Source of the DNA: an uncultured Pseudomonadota bacterium
GTDB lineage: Bacteria; Bacillota; Sulfobacillia; JAUYEF01
DNA: 64,000 nucleotides
Assembly (NCBI GenBank): GCA_964417635.1
Contig: CAYQIY010000005.1
Coordinates: forward strand, 80,681-144,680
Direction: 5' to 3'
A program made the position numbers and the translations under genes. The notes beneath the pieces are model-generated. The model had not been told where the DNA came from. It made no database searches and worked only from the letters and a program-made list of their open reading frames with translations. This document shows positions 10,079 through 19,600 of this stretch, one piece after another; positions within the stretch are counted from its first letter, which is position 1; each line of letters opens with the position of its first letter.

Positions 10079-10678
10079 TTAGTTCAACACGCCGAGCCAG
10101 TCTCGAAGCAGGAACGAAAACCTTCCAATGATGAGCGACATACGAGCCATGACCGTGTTGCCATAAGCTGCGCCGAGCGCTATCATCAGCATCCACCGTC
10201 CGGCACGTCCGGCAGTACGAAGCGGTCCTGCTGCTGCTTTTGCAGTGAAGAAGAAGTACATCACGCTTACGCTAGTACCTACCACGATTATCAGGTTATT
10301 GATTGTGTTCAGCGGCAATACGGTGCTTCGAATCTGTCTTACGAGGTTTGCGTCAATAACACCTACGAGCGACAGCGCCGCGCCCACCCCGATAAGAAAC
10401 GCAATCGATAGCCTGCTGTACACCGCGTAGTTCTTAAAGAACCTGGCGTAGAGCAACACGCCGAATAGAAGCGGTACTATCCATAGTAACTGTCCTTGAA
10501 GTAGCGGCGTGACTGCCATCGTGCGTACGTTGAAGAATGCTGTCACAAACGTGTGTGCCGCGACCAAAGCCACGAACACGTGCTCGGCGAGGGTAAAAAG
10601 CGGATTGTCCTTATACAGGTAACTATAGATAGCAATTGTGGCTATCGCTGCCAACCAGACTCCGAAATCCATAGACAT
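10079..10678 (-). CDS. Uncharacterised polytopic membrane protein (gene 4 of a four-gene cluster)
   Basis: About 6 TM segments; YSYLYKDNPLF..AEH and ALGAAYGNTVMARMS motifs; starts 1 nt after the upstream stop. Confidence 0.75.
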   Translation of the reverse strand: MSMDFGVWLAAIATIAIYSYLYKDNPLFTLAEHVFVALVAAHTFVTAFFNVRTMAVTPLLQGQLLWIVPLLFGVLLYARFFKNYAVYSRLSIAFLIGVGAALSLVGVIDANLVRQIRSTVLPLNTINNLIIVVGTSVSVMYFFFTAKAAAGPLRTAGRAGRWMLMIALGAAYGNTVMARMSLIIGRFSFLLRDWLGVLN

Positions 10679-10679
10679 G

Positions 10680-11510
10680 TTATTTGGCCCCCTTACCGGA
10701 GCGGCTTATCATGCGTTCGCCGATGTTGCCCATGATGATAAACAAGATGAGCAGTGCATGTGTCAGCGACTGAGCGTCCATTCCAGCTGCGCCATTTCCG
10801 GGGCGGCGTATCAGTATCTCGTATTCAGCGGCGCCTCTCAGCCCGGACAGCACACCGGATATCTGACCTGCCTGAATGTGAGGAGTGAGGATAGGCGTCA
10901 CAACACCTGTGGCTCCTCCCGTTACCGCCGTGCCGTGTACCGTGTGCACGAGCCTGACGAAATAGAGCATGCTGTTTCCAGTGATGAAGTCGACTATTAG
11001 CGCTATGTCCTTAATAGAGTTTACTTTTGCCCACAGTTCAAAATTGGTTAGAGGTACACCGTTTACGTCCTCGGTGTAAAGTCCTCGGAGGTCATGTCCG
11101 ATTGAAGCTACGGTCGGTTCTTCGCCAGCGGTGAACGGCATTATGATGTAATCTCTTCCGTACTCGTAGTTGTACTCAGGAGCCATCTCGTCCATTATCT
11201 TGCGCGCGTACATCGGAGAGTCAGCAGCGAGCGATACCCATATAAGCTTGATGCCTCTACTCATCAGGTGATGCACCTGGGCGACGTTCTGCGGGAGCAG
11301 TTCGGCTTCGCTGCCCGGGTTGTAAGCCGGTGACATTATGACAATTGAGCCTTCAGGCAAGTTCTCTATGGTTTCATATGCCTGACGAGTATATGGGCTG
11401 ATAGAAAGCGGAAGTCCCATCGGGTTCATGAGCGGGATCACAACGGCGAAGATCACGAGCAGGAACAGAATCCTGCGGTCCATACCCTCTAACTTCTGCC
11501 ATACGTTCAT
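10680..11510 (-). CDS. Uncharacterised membrane-anchored protein, TM-soluble domain-TM (gene 3)
   Basis: RBS AGGAGG; N-terminal TM after DRR; about 215 aa soluble domain; GLRGAAEYE...GMDAQS then C-terminal TM. Confidence 0.75.
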   Translation of the reverse strand: MNVWQKLEGMDRRILFLLVIFAVVIPLMNPMGLPLSISPYTRQAYETIENLPEGSIVIMSPAYNPGSEAELLPQNVAQVHHLMSRGIKLIWVSLAADSPMYARKIMDEMAPEYNYEYGRDYIIMPFTAGEEPTVASIGHDLRGLYTEDVNGVPLTNFELWAKVNSIKDIALIVDFITGNSMLYFVRLVHTVHGTAVTGGATGVVTPILTPHIQAGQISGVLSGLRGAAEYEILIRRPGNGAAGMDAQSLTHALLILFIIMGNIGERMISRSGKGAK

Positions 11511-11534
11511 AACAATGTCGCCTCCTTTCCGGCG

Positions 11535-12161
11535 CTATTCGCCCATGCCGCCAAACTGTGAACGTTCGAGTCCAAGTATGACTCTAAAACACATAGATAT
11601 AGCGCCCAGCGCTCCGCCGATGGTGATTCCGCGCATTCCGGCTGTGTTCGGTATCTGCATTATCCAGTTCGCGACGTCGGGCATGCCCTTATACATCGCC
11701 TCGCCTATTCCGACCCTGCCTAACATGACGAGCATGCCTGCAAGCACGAGCAAAGCAGCTTCAGTAGTGCGGAAGCGGAAAGCGCGGTACGCTGCAGACG
11801 AAATCCAGAACGCGTTCAGCGAGAACACGGTGGCGTTTAGCGGCTGTAGAAGGTTGTTCCATACGTAGCGGTAAGGTGTACTCTGAATTCCAGTCGCTAT
11901 TCCGAGGATCGTAAACGCTATAAGACATACTATCAGCACAAGGCTATATTGCCACGTTCCTCTCTTCTGGTTCACGCGGCGACTGTGTACGAGCATCAAG
12001 TTAGCCACGCCTAGTCCGGCGGCGAACGCAGCCACCACGACATTCCAGCGCATCAGTTCGTTATTCGCGGTCTTAAGGAAAGGGATATTGAGGAACCAGG
12101 CAAGGATGACGGTCATTCCGAAGATGAAGGTTATCGCTAAGGGTAACTCTTTGCGTACCAT
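11535..12161 (-). CDS. Uncharacterised polytopic membrane protein (gene 2)
   Basis: 5-6 TM segments; SAAYRAFR.R..EA and IPNTAGMRGI.IG.ALG motifs; G-rich RBS. Confidence 0.75.
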   Translation of the reverse strand: MVRKELPLAITFIFGMTVILAWFLNIPFLKTANNELMRWNVVVAAFAAGLGVANLMLVHSRRVNQKRGTWQYSLVLIVCLIAFTILGIATGIQSTPYRYVWNNLLQPLNATVFSLNAFWISSAAYRAFRFRTTEAALLVLAGMLVMLGRVGIGEAMYKGMPDVANWIMQIPNTAGMRGITIGGALGAISMCFRVILGLERSQFGGMGE

Positions 12162-12177
12162 TTGTCTACGCGCCCCC

Positions 12178-12942
12178 CTATAGCTTCATGAACTCAACTA
12201 TTGCGTCACTTCCGAGGGTAAGCAGAATGGAGCCTATGACCATGGTTGCCACTGCGATGTACTTGCACACGTCCTGAGCCATGAGCGCCCCCACTTTGAT
12301 CGGATCAGGGTTGAAATACGCACCTGCGGCATAGATTTCTTCACCTATGAGGGTGTAGTCGCAGGCAACAACGAGAAATGGAAGCTGGCTACCGTCTGTA
12401 GTACCGGCTATCTGAATCGCTCCTACTTTGTACGCTGTCTCGGCTATCTGGAGCCCTTCCGCCCAGAACTGGCCGACCATGATGTTGGTCACAACGCCTT
12501 CTCGCTCCATGATTCCCATGATTCCTGCTACATAAGCCGATTGTTCCTCAGAGATAAACCGCACATCATCGGGACGGTACTTGTCGAGTTTGCCTTGACT
12601 TACGTAGGCTTGACGCACGATCTCGACTGTGAGTGGGTAGACATGTGACCTGTGGTTGGTGACGATTAGGCGGGTGTCGCTGGCAGCGGCCATGTTGGCC
12701 ACGTACTTCAATACGTCCAGACCGGCAAATGTCTGGGCTTCCAGCACGCCGCGGCCTGTGGTGAAATGAATCGCTCTGCCCATTTCGGTGGCACGGCCCA
12801 CGGCTTCGTCCATCACCTGGAGTCCCGCTACGGGTCGGAATGGTACGCGCCCTGTCTTCTTGTACTTGTCGTGACTCATGAAGTATGCAGCGATGAAAGC
12901 AAGAAGGTACAGAAGCGCATAGAGTCTCCCTGGTTCCAGCAA
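12178..12942 (-). CDS. DUF6754-like membrane-anchored protein (gene 1)
   Basis: TTG at 12942, 8 nt after AGGAGG; RPVAGL...EAVGRATEMGR and QLPFLVVACDYTLIGEEIYAAGAY motifs, recalled as typical of DUF6754; N- and C-terminal TM. Confidence 0.7.
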   Translation of the reverse strand: MLEPGRLYALLYLLAFIAAYFMSHDKYKKTGRVPFRPVAGLQVMDEAVGRATEMGRAIHFTTGRGVLEAQTFAGLDVLKYVANMAAASDTRLIVTNHRSHVYPLTVEIVRQAYVSQGKLDKYRPDDVRFISEEQSAYVAGIMGIMEREGVVTNIMVGQFWAEGLQIAETAYKVGAIQIAGTTDGSQLPFLVVACDYTLIGEEIYAAGAYFNPDPIKVGALMAQDVCKYIAVATMVIGSILLTLGSDAIVEFMKL

Positions 12943-12974
12943 ACCTCTCACCTCCTGCAGATTATGGAAGATTA

Positions 12975-13002
12975 ATTCTAATGAGATAAGGCAATATCCT
13001 TC
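12975..13002 (-). promoter_or_regulatory. Sigma-H-like promoter of the four-gene membrane operon
   Basis: Minus strand GAAGGA-N18-GAAT, matching the Bacillus SigH consensus pattern. Confidence 0.5.
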
Positions 13003-13142
13003 CAATATAGCCAGTAATTGGGATTATGTTAGTGTTGTAGAATCACTCATTCATTAAGGGTCATCGACAGAGTCTCGCTGAAGGAACACGCTGGTCAGAG
13101 GAAGAAACTACCGAGATAGGGGAAAACGCTGGAGGAAGCGAC

Positions 13143-14357
13143 TTGGACGTGAGCCAGAGGCTGTCATCGATTCTCTCAAGACCGCGCACTGCAGCTGTAA
13201 TACTTCTCGGTATGTGTATCGTGCTGGTGTTGGGAAGTATCGTGCCTCAGGGCCGAGGCCCAGGAGTATACATTGACAACTACGGCCGACTCGGGGCACT
13301 CATGCTTCTTTTTGGGCTGGATCGAGCGTTCTCTTCGCCACTGATGTTCTTGCTTGTGTTGTGTCTTAGCGCAAGTCTTATCTGTTGCAGTGCCCAGCGT
13401 GTGCGTTCGTTGAGTCGAGGCCGGATCTTAATAGCCGCCCCCGAGAATGTCGTCGAAGTGTGTGCTGCTCGTGAGGGCTGGGCTGAAAGCGTGGCCTGTT
13501 TGCTCGAAAGACGCGGATTCAGGCTTTCACGTGAGTGCGATAGCATCAGGGCGCATACAGGTCGTGCCGGCATGTATGGTTCGTTGGTTGTGCACGTTGC
13601 GCTTCTTGTCATAATCTTAGGAGCGACCATCACTGCTGGGTTCAGCAGGGAAGAAATCGTGTGGATTGAACCCGGCAGCCGTGGAGAAGCGATGGGGCTT
13701 TCGTTAGAAGTATCCACCTTTGCCATACAGCGTTACCCGGACATGAGTCCGCGCCAATTCATAACAGCAGGAAGCGTTTCGGCCGCTGGCGAAGCGCTGG
13801 CGGATTTCGAAGTCGCCGTGAACAGACCAGCTCGATACAAGGGCATCGGCATATACCAGTCCGGCTATGACTGGGTTGTGACGCTGATTGCAGCCGGAGG
13901 TTCGCTAGAACCGCATCGTCTGAGTCTTTCGCCCGGACAGAGCAGCGCTCTGCCAGGCGGTGAGCTGTACCTGATGTTGTGGGAGTTCGTGCCGGAACTA
14001 TCTGAGCATCACGGATGCGCCAACGTTGTCATACACGACGGCCAAAACGTTGTGGCACTTTGGCATCTCGACCCGGGCACGAGGAAACACACCGGCGATA
14101 TCTGGGTTGAGATGGCTGGCTTTTCGCCTATTACAGGGCTTATGCTCAAGAAAGACCCGGGCACGCCTGTTGTTATGGCAGGCGCGGTGTTGCTGTTAGT
14201 GGGTTTGGCTCTGGTTCTCTTTGTGACTCCGCGCGAACTGATTGTGAGAGAAAACTCACAAGCTATGTTAGAACTGAGCATGCGAGCGCGCAGGCTGCAA
14301 CCGCAAAGCATTAGAAGCATTGCAGAAGAGATCCGCTCTTTGGAGAAAGGGGTGTGA
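13143..14357 (+). CDS. resB: Cytochrome c biogenesis protein ResB/CcsB (system II)
   Basis: LGSIVPQ, GSLVVHVALLVII, VAVNRPARYKGIGIYQS and KDPG.PVV..G motifs; TTG after GGAGG. Confidence 0.85.
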   Translation: MDVSQRLSSILSRPRTAAVILLGMCIVLVLGSIVPQGRGPGVYIDNYGRLGALMLLFGLDRAFSSPLMFLLVLCLSASLICCSAQRVRSLSRGRILIAAPENVVEVCAAREGWAESVACLLERRGFRLSRECDSIRAHTGRAGMYGSLVVHVALLVIILGATITAGFSREEIVWIEPGSRGEAMGLSLEVSTFAIQRYPDMSPRQFITAGSVSAAGEALADFEVAVNRPARYKGIGIYQSGYDWVVTLIAAGGSLEPHRLSLSPGQSSALPGGELYLMLWEFVPELSEHHGCANVVIHDGQNVVALWHLDPGTRKHTGDIWVEMAGFSPITGLMLKKDPGTPVVMAGAVLLLVGLALVLFVTPRELIVRENSQAMLELSMRARRLQPQSIRSIAEEIRSLEKGV

Positions 14358-14361
14358 TTCT

Positions 14362-15153
14362 CTGACTCCGCACTTATGGCAGGTATCTCTGGTACGCGCG
14401 ACAGCAGTGTTATACGCGCTGGCGAGTGTGTCGCTTTGGGCATACTGGTCGAGGCGTGCACACGGACTAGCGCTGGCTGCAAGAGTGCTGGTATGGCTAG
14501 GGTTTTTGTGCAACACGCTTGCGATAGGCTTACGTGTCCACCTTACACAGAGGGCTCCGTTTGCTAATCAGTATGAGTTTGCATTGGTGTTCGGTTGGGG
14601 AATAGTGCTCGTTCTGATGATTGTTTCTGGACGGTTACGAAGGCTCGAACTTGCAGTGTTCAGTATGCCCCCGGCAGCCCTGGTGATGTTATATGCTTGG
14701 ATGCTACCGGCTGATGTGCGCCCGTTGATGCCAGCGCTTATGAGCACGTGGCTCGTGATTCACGTAGGGCTGGCGGTTGTATCATACGGCTCGTTCGCAG
14801 TTGCCGCCGGGATAGGGGCTCTCGTCTTGGTTGGAGGTAAGCGGCTTAACCTTGCGGCGCTCGACCAGATGAAACAACGCATCGTAATCGTAGGGTTCTT
14901 TGGGCTCACGCTCGTCATCATTACAGGTGCCGTGTGGGCGCACCAGGCGTGGAGTCGCTACTGGGGATGGGACCCGAAAGAGACATGGTCGCTTATTACG
15001 TGGATAGTGTATGCGGTGTACTTGCACATGAGCCTTAACCGAGGATGGACGGGAAGACGTTCTGCGTATCTCGCAATCATAGGATTTGCGCTCGTGCTGT
15101 TTACCTACGCCGGAGTCAATCTGTTGATGTCCGGACTTCACACCTACAGGTAG
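14362..15153 (+). CDS. ccsA: Cytochrome c biogenesis protein CcsA/ResC
   Basis: WWD domain GAVWAHQAWSRYWGWDPKETWS; WLVIHV; C-terminal GLHTY; start uncertain (CTG at 14362 after AAGGGGTG is the best RBS-supported codon). Confidence 0.9.
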   Translation: MTPHLWQVSLVRATAVLYALASVSLWAYWSRRAHGLALAARVLVWLGFLCNTLAIGLRVHLTQRAPFANQYEFALVFGWGIVLVLMIVSGRLRRLELAVFSMPPAALVMLYAWMLPADVRPLMPALMSTWLVIHVGLAVVSYGSFAVAAGIGALVLVGGKRLNLAALDQMKQRIVIVGFFGLTLVIITGAVWAHQAWSRYWGWDPKETWSLITWIVYAVYLHMSLNRGWTGRRSAYLAIIGFALVLFTYAGVNLLMSGLHTYR

Positions 15154-15163
15154 GTGAGGCTTT

Positions 15164-16336
15164 GTGAAAAGGTCGTATCTTGTGGTTGGGGTGGCGCTCA
15201 CAGCGCTCGCGCTGGCGGCTCACTACTTGTTTCCGAGTACGTGGCGCACCTTGCCCCTGACGCAAGACCCTGCAGTGTGGGGCAAGGTTTACCCGCTTCA
15301 GTATCGCTCATTTATGCTTGGCGAGCGTGAAGTAGAACATGTGGCCAAAGCCGAAAAGCATCCCTACATCACCGTGGTGTACGCAGGCAACGCGTTTTCA
15401 CGAGAGTTCAACGAATCCAGGGCGCACAATTACTCACTTGACGACCTGCTGGCCACCGCTCGCGGTAGGCCGAGCGCGTCATGCCTGTTGTGCAAGACAT
15501 CAGACGTGGTAAGGCTCATAGATAGCATGGGATGGGACAGCTTTAGCCGTGCGTCGTTTGACCAGTTGGCAGCGTCTGTATCCCACCCAGTGTCGTGCGC
15601 AAACTGCCACGACCCAGAGGGCATGTCGCTTAGGGTTTCGAATCCTGCACTGCTTGCTGCAGTAGACAGCCTCGGTTGGGAGTCTAAACTTCGTGATCAC
15701 GACAGCATGCGAAGCATGGTGTGTGCTCAGTGTCACGTGGAGTACTACTTTGACCCAGATTCACAGCACACGATATTCCCGTGGAAGATGGGATTAACGC
15801 CTTCCGACATTGAATCTTACTTTGAGAACATCGGTTTTGCTGACTGGGTTCATCCGTTGGCGAAAGTGGGTGTCGTGAAAATACAGCACCCAGAATTCGA
15901 GACCTTCTGGGGCAGCGTGCACCAGCGGATTGGTTTGTCGTGCGCCGACTGTCATATGCCGAAAGTGGTCACCGACGGCAAGACTCATACATCGCACTGG
16001 TGGACTAGTCCAATGAATCATCTGGCTGAATCGTGTGGCTCGTGCCATCAGGATATGGGCAAACTTGCCGTGCGAGTTGAGACGCTGCAGGCCGACGTAT
16101 CAGCCAAACTCAAAGAAGTGGGGGAAGGCCTGGCGAATCTCGGCAGTACTATGGCATCGCTTCCGGAAGCGACAGAAGGATTGGACCAGGCGAGAACGCT
16201 GTACGCTCGAGCACACCTGCGCTGGGATTGGGTATTCTCGGAGAACAGCACCGGTTTCCACAATAGCGCTCTGGCGCACAGCATTCTTGATGAAGCGCTT
16301 GGGTACATAGAACAGGCGCGTGGTTTGCTGCAGTGA
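15164..16336 (+). CDS. nrfA: Pentaheme cytochrome c nitrite reductase (ammonia-forming) NrfA
   Basis: CLLCK plus four CxxCH motifs (CANCH, CAQCH, CADCH, CGSCH); catalytic motifs SRAH, HVEYYF, KIQHPEFE; ENSTGFH. Confidence 0.93.
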   Translation: MKRSYLVVGVALTALALAAHYLFPSTWRTLPLTQDPAVWGKVYPLQYRSFMLGEREVEHVAKAEKHPYITVVYAGNAFSREFNESRAHNYSLDDLLATARGRPSASCLLCKTSDVVRLIDSMGWDSFSRASFDQLAASVSHPVSCANCHDPEGMSLRVSNPALLAAVDSLGWESKLRDHDSMRSMVCAQCHVEYYFDPDSQHTIFPWKMGLTPSDIESYFENIGFADWVHPLAKVGVVKIQHPEFETFWGSVHQRIGLSCADCHMPKVVTDGKTHTSHWWTSPMNHLAESCGSCHQDMGKLAVRVETLQADVSAKLKEVGEGLANLGSTMASLPEATEGLDQARTLYARAHLRWDWVFSENSTGFHNSALAHSILDEALGYIEQARGLLQ

Positions 16337-16343
16337 TGAACGA

Positions 16344-16544
16344 CTACTTGGAGGGGCTCTTGATTCTGTCTTCTAGCAACACCCCACCCACCCCGACATC
16401 AGACGGGCTGGTTGACTGCAGGTAGACGACAAATGCTGATTCATTGATTCCTGTGGCCTCACTGGCCGCTTTGGTGAACGCCTGAACGAGACGTTTTTTG
16501 CTGTCCTTTTCCATAGACGGGCCCCAGAAGAAGATCGTGGGCAT
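16344..16544 (-). CDS. 4-oxalocrotonate tautomerase family protein (DmpI-like)
   Basis: 66 aa, catalytic Pro-1 (MPTI), KKRLVQAFT.A.SE and VGVGG motifs; RBS GGAGG. Confidence 0.85.
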   Translation of the reverse strand: MPTIFFWGPSMEKDSKKRLVQAFTKAASEATGINESAFVVYLQSTSPSDVGVGGVLLEDRIKSPSK

Positions 16545-16570
16545 GCACTACACCTCCGTTTTTGGAAACA

Positions 16571-16597
16571 ATTCGCAAGGCAGGTTGGAATACCTTT
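16571..16597 (-). promoter_or_regulatory. Sigma-H-like promoter
   Basis: Minus strand AAAGGT-N17-GAAT upstream of the tautomerase gene. Confidence 0.5.
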
Positions 16598-16624
16598 ACA
16601 CATATCATCTTGTGCATTTCCGCC

Positions 16625-17407
16625 TCAGTGCTGTACGAGATCAGAAGGCTGCAGATGCTGCTCTTGTTCGGAAGGTGTAACTGAAGGACGGCTTGCTAGC
16701 CCGCTGAGTATGCCCGACCGAACGACTATTCCCAGTAGTCTCCCATCTTTGCTTATGACGGGTATTGGGTATTTTGCGGTTGCGCCCATAGGAACCAGTT
16801 CTTCGAGAGAGATGTCTGGAAACACCGCCGGGATATCGCTCGTGAGGCATCCCAGAAGGTCTGTCTCTTTTCTCTCAATGGCACTTAGCGCGTCGTCGGC
16901 CGTTACTATTCCCGCAAGACGTGCTCTGTCGTCAATTACGAACACGCTAGAGATCTGGTGTTTGCGCATTTCCCTGAGCGCTACCCTGGGACCGTCCTTT
17001 TTCTTCAGAAGAGCGTCAGGCTTGTTCATGATATGTTCGGCGCGAAGCACACTCCACGGATTCATACCTTGGACGAACTCTGCAACGTAGTCTGTGGCTG
17101 GCGAACGGAGCAAGTCCTCAGGAGTGCCTATCTGGTGTATGATTCCGTCTTTCATCACGGCGATGTGATCGCCTAGTCGCAGCGCTTCATCGAGGTCATG
17201 CGTTATGAACACAATGGTCTTGGCAATCTGCGTCTGCAACTGTATCAGTTCAGACTGCATCTCACGCCTGATGAGCGGATCGAGTGCACTGAACGGCTCG
17301 TCCATCAACAGCACCGCAGGCTCGTTTACTAGGGCACGCGCCAGGCCGACTCTCTGCTGCATTCCTCCGCTCAGATTATCAATGGGACTCGTTTCCCAGT
17401 CTCGCAA
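16625..17407 (-). pseudogene. proV: 5'-truncated glycine betaine/proline ABC transporter ATPase (ProV/OpuAA) with CBS domains
   Basis: Retains LSGGMQQRV, Walker [14 protein letters not shown]-loop ITHDLDEA and tandem CBS domains; Walker A and the whole N-terminal part are absent. Confidence 0.8.
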
Positions 17408-17745
17408 GTGGGTCCCAAGTCAATCACCGTGCCAGCTTCTGTGACCTTCGTATACCAATCCATGACGTTGGTGCGCCAGAGTTCCATCTGCACGTCTATC
17501 TGTCCATTTTCTAAAGACTGCTGAAACACAGGCGTTGTAACCGTTATTGTCTCCACAGGGTAGCCGTATCCCTCTTCGATTATGAACTTGGCGATTGCGT
17601 TGTTTATCCAGAGCGTCTGAAAAGAAGTGCCGGCCATCCGGATGGGCTCGGCTCTCAGGGCGCCATCGGTACCTGGCCTTGACAGCGCAAGCACCACTAT
17701 GGCTGCTCCAACCACGACAAGACCAATAAGAAGTCGTCTGTTCAT
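17371..17745 (-). pseudogene. proX: 3'-truncated glycine betaine ABC transporter substrate-binding protein (ProX/OpuAC-like)
   Basis: N-terminal membrane anchor; NNAIAKFIIEEGYGYPVE and IDVQMELW motifs; resemblance ends at IDLGP (about 17411), after which the frame runs into proV sequence and stops. Confidence 0.7.
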
Positions 17746-17955
17746 CGTCACATCCATCCTCAACGTTTTGTCTACCCAGTTCGTAGTATGTTCATTGACA
17801 ACAACGACCAATTCGAACTTGCTCACAACGAATACAAACCAGAGAGGAATGCACTGCTAAGTGACATGGAGTCGACAGCGAGGCCCAAGACAGAACAGAA
17901 GGCCGAGAGAATACCCCGGCCTTCTCAGTGTGATCTCATTGCTCGATTGGCTAGT

Positions 17956-19563
17956 CTACCAGGATGCGACGCAGCCGTCTGCTCTCGGTTCGGTTGCCCC
18001 TGCAAGCACACCATCAGGTTCTCGCCAGATGATCTGGCCTCGTCCAAAGCCACCTGAGCCCATGCTCCATTTCATGTTGTGCCCTCTTCGAGCAAGCGCC
18101 TCTGCGATGTGTTTTGGGAAGCCGTGTTCAACCACGATTGTCTTGGCCTCATCCCATCTCCAGCGGGGCGCATCGAGGCACGCCTGAGGACTCAGGTTGT
18201 GGTCGATGGCGTTCATCACCACCTGCAGGTGCCCCTGAGGCTGCATGAAGCCGCCCATTACGCCGAAAGGTCCGACAGGTTCACCCTGTCTTGTCAGGAA
18301 ACCGGGTATTATCGTGTGGTACGTCTTCTTTCCGCCCATGAGATGGTTCGGGTGGTCTGGGTCGAGTGAAAAGCCGGTACCTCTGTTTTGAAGCGCGATG
18401 CCCGTATCCGGCACCACAAGGCCTGAGCCGAAACCGGCGTAGTTGCTCTGTATATACGAAACCATGTTGCCTTCAGAGTCTGCTGTGCACAGGTATACGG
18501 TGCCTCCGTCTGCAGGTTTACCCGGTTCAGGCATCAGTGCTTCTTCTCCCATGAGGTCTCTTCTCTGACGCGCATACTCCGGAGAAAGCAGTTGCTCAAC
18601 AGATACCGGCATGTGCTTCGGATCTGTGATGAAGCGCCGCCCGTCCGTAAACGCCAGCTTCAGAGCTTCAATCTGCTTGTGATAGGTGTCCACGCTCTCT
18701 CTTGACGCGAAACTGAACTCTCTCAATATGTTCAGCGCCATGAGTGCCACAAGCCCTTGGCCGTTCGGCGGTATCTCCCACACTTCGTAGCCTCGGTAAG
18801 CGACACTAATGGGCTTCACCCATTCGGGTGAAAACGCTGCCAGATCGTCGCAGCTGAGAAAACCGCCGCTTTGCTGTACGAAGCGGGAGATCTTTTCGGT
18901 AAGGTCTCCTCGGTAGAACGATTCGGCATGTGTCTCGGCTATTGACTGCAGAGTGCGCGCGTGCGCCTCTGACCTCCAGACTTCGCCGGGCCGAGGCGTG
19001 CTACCGCTTGGTGCGAAAGTGTCGAACCACGGACGAAATACGTGTTCCGGTGACGCCTTCTTGAAGCGAGCGAAGCCGTTCTTCCATGCCTCGGAAACGG
19101 TTGGAGATACAGGATATCCAGCGGATGCGTGCGTGATGGCCGGCGCAAGTACTTTTGCGAGCGCAAGCTTACCGAACCGTCGCGAGAGTTCGGCCCACGC
19201 TGCTGGCGCACCAGGCACTGTGACAGCAAGAGGTCCGAGTTCGGGCATCTTGCTGTAGCCCGCCTTTATCACACTCTCAATTGAGATAGACTGCGGCGCC
19301 GGACCGCTTGAGTTCAGCCCGTGCATTTCGCCGTTATGCCAGACAATGGCGAAAGCGTCGCCGCCGATGCCGTTTGACGTAGGTTCAACCACTGTAAGAC
19401 AAGCCGCTGTGGCAATTGCAGCGTCAATCGCATTGCCGCCTTGCATGAGAATCTCCAAACCTGCAGCTGCGGCAAGCGATTGTGAAGTTGCGACCATTCC
19501 CCTTTTCGCATACGAAGTCAGCCTTCTGGAAGGATACGGGCAATCTAATGCATCGTACTTCAA
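17956..19563 (-). CDS. ggt: Gamma-glutamyltransferase family protein (YwrD-like)
   Basis: GGNAIDAAIA, VVEPTSNGIGGDAF, nucleophile GTVYL...SYIQSNY, GVMGGFMQPQGH, EPRADG. Confidence 0.92.
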   Translation of the reverse strand: MKYDALDCPYPSRRLTSYAKRGMVATSQSLAAAAGLEILMQGGNAIDAAIATAACLTVVEPTSNGIGGDAFAIVWHNGEMHGLNSSGPAPQSISIESVIKAGYSKMPELGPLAVTVPGAPAAWAELSRRFGKLALAKVLAPAITHASAGYPVSPTVSEAWKNGFARFKKASPEHVFRPWFDTFAPSGSTPRPGEVWRSEAHARTLQSIAETHAESFYRGDLTEKISRFVQQSGGFLSCDDLAAFSPEWVKPISVAYRGYEVWEIPPNGQGLVALMALNILREFSFASRESVDTYHKQIEALKLAFTDGRRFITDPKHMPVSVEQLLSPEYARQRRDLMGEEALMPEPGKPADGGTVYLCTADSEGNMVSYIQSNYAGFGSGLVVPDTGIALQNRGTGFSLDPDHPNHLMGGKKTYHTIIPGFLTRQGEPVGPFGVMGGFMQPQGHLQVVMNAIDHNLSPQACLDAPRWRWDEAKTIVVEHGFPKHIAEALARRGHNMKWSMGSGGFGRGQIIWREPDGVLAGATEPRADGCVASW

Positions 19564-19600
19564 CGATTGTTTCCCCCTCTCGGTCTTGTGTCGGTGTGTA

